Positions 26,235-30,060 of a stretch of DNA of 30,060 nucleotides are shown in pieces. The notes beneath the pieces are model-generated. The model was not told the DNA's origin. It worked only from the letters and a program-made list of their open reading frames with translations, and did not search any database. Numbering within the stretch: position 1 is the stretch's first letter; every line of letters starts with the position of its first letter. The position numbers and the translations under genes are program-made. Source of the DNA: Caulobacteraceae bacterium. GTDB lineage: Bacteria > Pseudomonadota > Alphaproteobacteria > Caulobacterales > Caulobacteraceae. Location: the NCBI GenBank assembly GCA_030151985.1, contig JASLDZ010000342.1:1-30060 (forward strand). The letters are read 5' to 3'.

Positions 26235-27776
26235 TCAACGCGCCACCCCGTACGCCTCCCGCAACTCCCGCTTCAGCACCTTGCCGATCGCGCTGCGCGG
26301 CAGGCTCTCCACCACCCGCACGTCCGACAGGCGCTGCGTCTTGCCCAGCCGCGCCTCGGCGAAGGCCTTGAGCTCCTCCGGCAAGGCGGTCGCGCCTGGC
26401 CGCAGCACCACGGCGGCGACCGGCGTCTCGCCCCAGGCGTCGCTCGGGACGCCGAAGACCGCGCTCTCCTGCACGGCGGGGTGGGCGTCGAGCGCGGCTT
26501 CCAGGTCGCTGGGGTAGATGTTGAAGCCGCCGGAGATGATCATGTCCTTCTTGCGGTCCATGAGCGTCAGGAAGCCCTCGGCGTCGAAGCGGCCGACGTC
26601 GCCGGTGCGGATGTAGACCAGGCCCTTGGGGCTGACCCACTGGGCGTCGGCGGTCTTGCCCGGCTGGTTGTGGTAGCCGACCATCATCGCCACCGAGCGT
26701 CCGACCACCTCGCCGATCTCGCCGGGGGCGACCTCCACCCCGTCCTCGTCGATCAGGCGGATGTCGTGGCCGGGCATGGGCTGGCCGACGGTGTGCAGCT
26801 TGTCGGGATGTTCGTGGGCGACGAGCATGCAGGAGCCGCCGCCCTCGGTCATGCCGTAGAACTCGACCAGCCCGCCCGGCCAGCGCTTCAGGACGTCGGC
26901 CTTCACCTCGGGCGTGAAGGGGGCGCTGGTGGAGAACTTCAGGCGGAAGCTCGAGAGGTCGTGGGCATCGAAGTCGGGCAGGGCCATGATGCGGCGGTAC
27001 TGCACGGGCACCAGCATGGCGTGGGTGGCGCGGGCGGCCTCGGCGGCTTTCAGGAACTTGGCGGCGTCGAACTTGGCCATCAGCACCGCCGTGCCGCCTG
27101 CGCCCAGTGTGGGCAGGAAGCTGACCAGCGTCGTGTTGGAGTAGAGCGGGGTGGAGACCACCGTCACGCTGTCGGCGTCGTAGATGCCGCGCCGTACCTG
27201 CGCCCAGCGCATGGCGTGCGGCTGCACGATCCCCTTGGGCGTACCCGTCGTGCCGGAAGAGTAGATGATGTTGAACGGGTCGTTCGGGGCGATGGGAGCG
27301 GGCAGGGGCGTCGCGCCCTCGGGCGCCATCCACGCCTCCAGCGGCGCTCCCGCGTCCGAGCCGTCGAGCGCCACGCGGCGGGCGGTGATGCGGTCGGCGA
27401 AAGGGGCCAGCGCCTCCCACACGCCTGCGTCGAGAAAGAGCACCCCGGCGCCGCAGTCCTCCAGCATGCCGACCAGGCTCTCCGGCGTGGAGGAGGGGGC
27501 GAGCGGCGCGATCGCCGCGCCCGAGCGCAGCGTGCCGAGGAAGGCCGTGGCGTAGACGATCGAGGTCGTGGCGCAGGCGGCCGCGACACCGCGGTGGCCG
27601 ACCCCGTCGCGTTGCAGGGCCGCGGCGATCCTATCCATGCGGGCGTCGAGGCCGGCGTAGTCCAGCGTCTCTCCGTCCTGCACCAGCGCGGGGTGCGAGG
27701 GGCGGGCGGCGGCGTGGGCGCGGACCAGCGCCTCCAGCGTGCCGAAGTCCTGCGCGTAGAGTTCGTCGATCGACAC
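26235..27776 (-). CDS. class I adenylate-forming enzyme (acyl-CoA ligase family)
   Basis: IIYSSGTTGTPKG, FYGMTEG, TGDVG, DRKKDMIISGGFNIYP and LPRSAIGKVLK. Confidence 0.95.
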   Translation of the reverse strand: MSIDELYAQDFGTLEALVRAHAAARPSHPALVQDGETLDYAGLDARMDRIAAALQRDGVGHRGVAAACATTSIVYATAFLGTLRSGAAIAPLAPSSTPESLVGMLEDCGAGVLFLDAGVWEALAPFADRITARRVALDGSDAGAPLEAWMAPEGATPLPAPIAPNDPFNIIYSSGTTGTPKGIVQPHAMRWAQVRRGIYDADSVTVVSTPLYSNTTLVSFLPTLGAGGTAVLMAKFDAAKFLKAAEAARATHAMLVPVQYRRIMALPDFDAHDLSSFRLKFSTSAPFTPEVKADVLKRWPGGLVEFYGMTEGGGSCMLVAHEHPDKLHTVGQPMPGHDIRLIDEDGVEVAPGEIGEVVGRSVAMMVGYHNQPGKTADAQWVSPKGLVYIRTGDVGRFDAEGFLTLMDRKKDMIISGGFNIYPSDLEAALDAHPAVQESAVFGVPSDAWGETPVAAVVLRPGATALPEELKAFAEARLGKTQRLSDVRVVESLPRSAIGKVLKRELREAYGVAR

Positions 27777-27832
27777 CCAGAGCTCCTTCTCAGCGGCGCG
27801 ACCATGCCTCGGTCCGCACCCGCGCGTCGAGC

Positions 27833-27857
27833 GGAACGGCGTGGCGGCTCGGGGGTT
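27833..27857 (+). promoter_or_regulatory. putative EcfG/SigT general-stress promoter
   Basis: GGAAC-N16-GGTT, 38 nt upstream of the csbD-like start; the consensus is GGAAC-N16/17-CGTT and csbD genes are typical regulon members. Confidence 0.55.
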
Positions 27858-27895
27858 GAGGCGACGTCGCGCCGCCGCGACGAAGGAGACGCATC

Positions 27896-28225
27896 ATGTC
27901 CGACGACCGTATCGAGGGCTCGCTGCGCAAGGGCGTGGGCCACGTGCAGGACGCGGTGGGCGGCCTCACCGGCGACGGGGAGACCCAGGCGCGGGGCAAG
28001 CTCAACCAGGCGGCCGGCGCGGCGCAGGACGCCTTCGGCAAGGTCAAGGACCAGGCGGCCGACCTCTACGGCGACGCCTTCGGGCGGGTGGAGGACGTCT
28101 ACGCCGAGATCGAGAGCTTCACCCGCGAGCGCCCGTTCGCGGCGCTGGGCCTCGCCGCGCTCGCGGGGCTGGTGGTGGGCGCCGCGATGCGCGGGTCCAA
28201 CAAGACCGTCTACGTCAGGCGTTGA
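27896..28225 (+). CDS. CsbD family general stress protein
   Basis: DRIEG...G.VQDAVGGLTGDGETQARGKLNQAAGAAQDAFGKVKD plus a C-terminal TM segment; AAGGAG RBS. Confidence 0.9.
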   Translation: MSDDRIEGSLRKGVGHVQDAVGGLTGDGETQARGKLNQAAGAAQDAFGKVKDQAADLYGDAFGRVEDVYAEIESFTRERPFAALGLAALAGLVVGAAMRGSNKTVYVRR

Positions 28226-28581
28226 GCGAGATCCCGCTCGTCGGCCGGGGTTCGCGCCCGGCCCGCGCGCCCTTCAGGCAGGCGGTGCTCGTCTGCGGCA
28301 GGTGCGAGCGCAAGCTCGGCGGCGAGGGGTTCGGGCGCAAGGGCCGCCAGTCGCTGCGCAAAGCGATGAAGGCGGAGCTGAAGTCCGGCGCCTGGGGCCG
28401 CAAGGTGCGGCTGGTCGAGACCTCCTGCCTGAAGCTCTGCCCCAAGCGCCGCCAGGTCGCCGCCGCCCCGCACGACCTCGCCGCCGGGCGGCTCCTGGTG
28501 GTGGAACCGGGGGAGCCTGCCGCGAGGGTGCTGGACCGCCTGCTCGGCCCGGCGCTGGCGCAGGACGCGGGCTCCGCCTAA
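28222..28581 (+). CDS. thioredoxin-like (2Fe-2S) ferredoxin domain protein, putative
   Basis: TTG start overlapping the csbD stop (TTGA); VLVCGRC...TSCLKLCP cysteine pattern. This is the C-terminal part of track ORF 27841..28581. Confidence 0.6.
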   Translation: MSEIPLVGRGSRPARAPFRQAVLVCGRCERKLGGEGFGRKGRQSLRKAMKAELKSGAWGRKVRLVETSCLKLCPKRRQVAAAPHDLAAGRLLVVEPGEPAARVLDRLLGPALAQDAGSA

Positions 28582-28610
28582 GTCACCGCCCGTTCCCCGC
28601 GGAGGCGCCC

Positions 28611-29111
28611 ATGGCTGAAGGCTTCGACCCGTCCCTCCTGGCCCACGACCGGGCCGCGCGGTACCGCGATGTCGCCGAGGAGATCGCGGCGGTGCTGGAG
28701 GGCGAGGGCGACCGGGTGGCGCGGATGGCGACGGTCGCCTCCATGCTGGCCCAGGCCTTCCCGGAGCGGTTCTTCTGGACCGGCTTCTACGTCGTCGATC
28801 CCGCCAAGGGCGACGAGCTGGTGGTCGGCCCCTACCAGGGCACGCTGGGCTGCCTGCGGATCGCCTTCGGGCGGGGCGTCTGCGGCGCGGCGGCGGCGGA
28901 GCGGCGCACGGTCATCGTGGACGACGTCGACGCCTTCCCGGGCCACATCGCCTGCGACAGCCGCTCGAGGAGCGAGATCGTCGTTCCGGCGCTGGACGCC
29001 TCGGGCGCGCTCATTGCGGTGCTGGACGTGGACTCGACTAAGCCCGCCGCTTTCGACGCGACGGATGCCGAAGGGCTGGAGGCGATCGTCGGGCGGGTGT
29101 TCGCCGGCTAG
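28611..29111 (+). CDS. GAF domain protein, free methionine-R-sulfoxide reductase (MsrC) family
   Basis: ATG after GGAGG; WTGFY, VGPYQGTLGCLRIAFGRGVCG, FPGHIACDSRSRSEIVVP and VLDVDS. Confidence 0.9.
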   Translation: MAEGFDPSLLAHDRAARYRDVAEEIAAVLEGEGDRVARMATVASMLAQAFPERFFWTGFYVVDPAKGDELVVGPYQGTLGCLRIAFGRGVCGAAAAERRTVIVDDVDAFPGHIACDSRSRSEIVVPALDASGALIAVLDVDSTKPAAFDATDAEGLEAIVGRVFAG

Positions 29112-29137
29112 AGCACGTTTGGCTCGCCAGTAGATCT

Positions 29138-29260
29138 CCGCTCATCCCGGCGAAGGCCGGGACCCAGGTCCGGGAGCGAAGAAGCAGGAACTCGCCATCA
29201 TCGACGCCGAGCGCGGGACCGAGGTCGGAACTGGGTCCCGGCCTCCGCCGGGATGAGCGG
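29138..29260. repeat. REP-like inverted repeat pair between convergent genes (possible bidirectional terminator/RNA stabiliser)
   Basis: CCGCTCATCCCGGCGAAGGCCGGGACCCAG (29138-29167) versus the reverse complement of 29231-29260 match 29/30. Each arm is itself a TCCCGGC-N4-GCCGGGA hairpin. Confidence 0.85.
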
Positions 29261-29280
29261 GATGGGGTGGTTGACGCGGT

Positions 29281-30060
29281 CTAGGAGGTCGCTTTCCGCT
29301 TGCCCGGCGTCTTCGGCTTCGCCGCGGCGGACTTCGTGGAGCTCTTCGGCTTCCCCTTGGCCGCCGCCTTCGCCTTGCCCTTCGCCGGAGCCGCCGCGCC
29401 GCGCGCGTCCACCAGCGCCACCGCCGCCTCCAGCGTCAGCGCCGCCGGGTCCACGTCCTTGGGCACCGTCGCGTTGACCTTGCCCGCCTTGACGTAGGGG
29501 CCGTAGCGGCCGGGCATCACCGTGATCTCGTCGCCGGTGACGGGGTGGGGCCCGAGCGTCTTGAGCGGCTGCGAGGTCGCGCCGCGGCCGGGGCGGCCCT
29601 TGCCCTCGCGTTTCTCGGCGATGAGGGTGACGGCGCGGTTCAGGCCGACCTCGAACACTTCGTCTATGCCCGACAGGCTGGCGTAGGTCTTCAGGTGCTG
29701 GACGTAGGGGCCGTAGCGGCCGAGCGCGGCGGTGATCGGCTCCCCGTCCTCCGGCGACTTGCCCACCTCGCGCGGCAGGCTCAGCAGCTTGAGCGCGTGA
29801 TCAAGGTCGAGCGAGGCGGCGGCCCACTCCTTCGGCAGGCTGGACCGCCTGGGCTTCTCGCCGCCGTCCGCCAGCTCCACGTACGGCCCGAAGCGGCCGA
29901 CCTTGAGCATCACCGGCTTGCCGGTCCTGGGGTCGGTTCCCAGCTCGCGGTCGCCGGACGCCGCCTCGCCCCCCTCCGCGACCTCGCCCGTGGCGAAGGG
30001 GCGGGTGTAGCGGCACTCGGGGTAGTTGGAGCAGCCGATGAAGGCGCCGTTGCGGCTGAT
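29281..30060 (-). CDS. topA: DNA topoisomerase I, C-terminal part (5' end outside the window)
   Basis: Zinc ribbon GAFIGCSNYPECRYTR at the window edge, three GR(F/Y)GPYV C-terminal repeats and a Lys/Ala-rich tail. Confidence 0.95.
   Translation of the reverse strand: MSRNGAFIGCSNYPECRYTRPFATGEVAEGGEAASGDRELGTDPRTGKPVMLKVGRFGPYVELADGGEKPRRSSLPKEWAAASLDLDHALKLLSLPREVGKSPEDGEPITAALGRYGPYVQHLKTYASLSGIDEVFEVGLNRAVTLIAEKREGKGRPGRGATSQPLKTLGPHPVTGDEITVMPGRYGPYVKAGKVNATVPKDVDPAALTLEAAVALVDARGAAAPAKGKAKAAAKGKPKSSTKSAAAKPKTPGKRKATS

Noticed and set aside
26217..29111. 964-aa ORF in the track that looks like a large GAF fusion
   Set aside because: Mostly the antisense shadow of the acyl-CoA ligase and off-frame to csbD. 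Only the last 166 codons from ATG 28611, with their own GGAGG RBS, are a real gene.
1..30060. CRISPR array, retron/reverse transcriptase, prophage structural or conjugation genes
   Set aside because: No regularly spaced repeat-spacer array, no RT motifs in a credible ORF, and no capsid, terminase, relaxase or T4SS signatures were seen.

Overview
High-GC alphaproteobacterial chromosome segment (Caulobacteraceae-like by gene content; an inference). The left flank carries a partial MidA-like methyltransferase, lgt, two SIMPL genes, panD and a tRNA-Ile2(CAT). The right flank carries an acyl-CoA ligase, csbD-like, a ferredoxin-like gene, a GAF/MsrC-like gene and partial topA. Between them is a complete ~20.7 kb genomic island integrated in the tRNA 3' end, with attL at 4288-4307, attR at 24986-25005 and paired GGGTCCAC arm-type repeats at both ends. 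Its main cargo is a tightly coupled five-gene operon: a 5mC DNA methyltransferase, three proteins with the order, sizes and motifs of the phosphorothioate-associated DndF/G/H (SspFGH-like) restriction module, and Vsr. No PT-modification genes occur anywhere in the island, so this is a candidate methylation-guarded FGH defence system. The island also encodes a 1.4k-aa GHKL/sacsin-like ATPase fused to an HNH-like nuclease, a second tyrosine recombinase, an XRE regulator and a GIY-YIG nuclease. Just outside attR lie a secreted-protein gene and a ~365-bp inverted pair of internally structured elements showing a compensatory base change. All family assignments come from reading motifs by eye, not from database searches.
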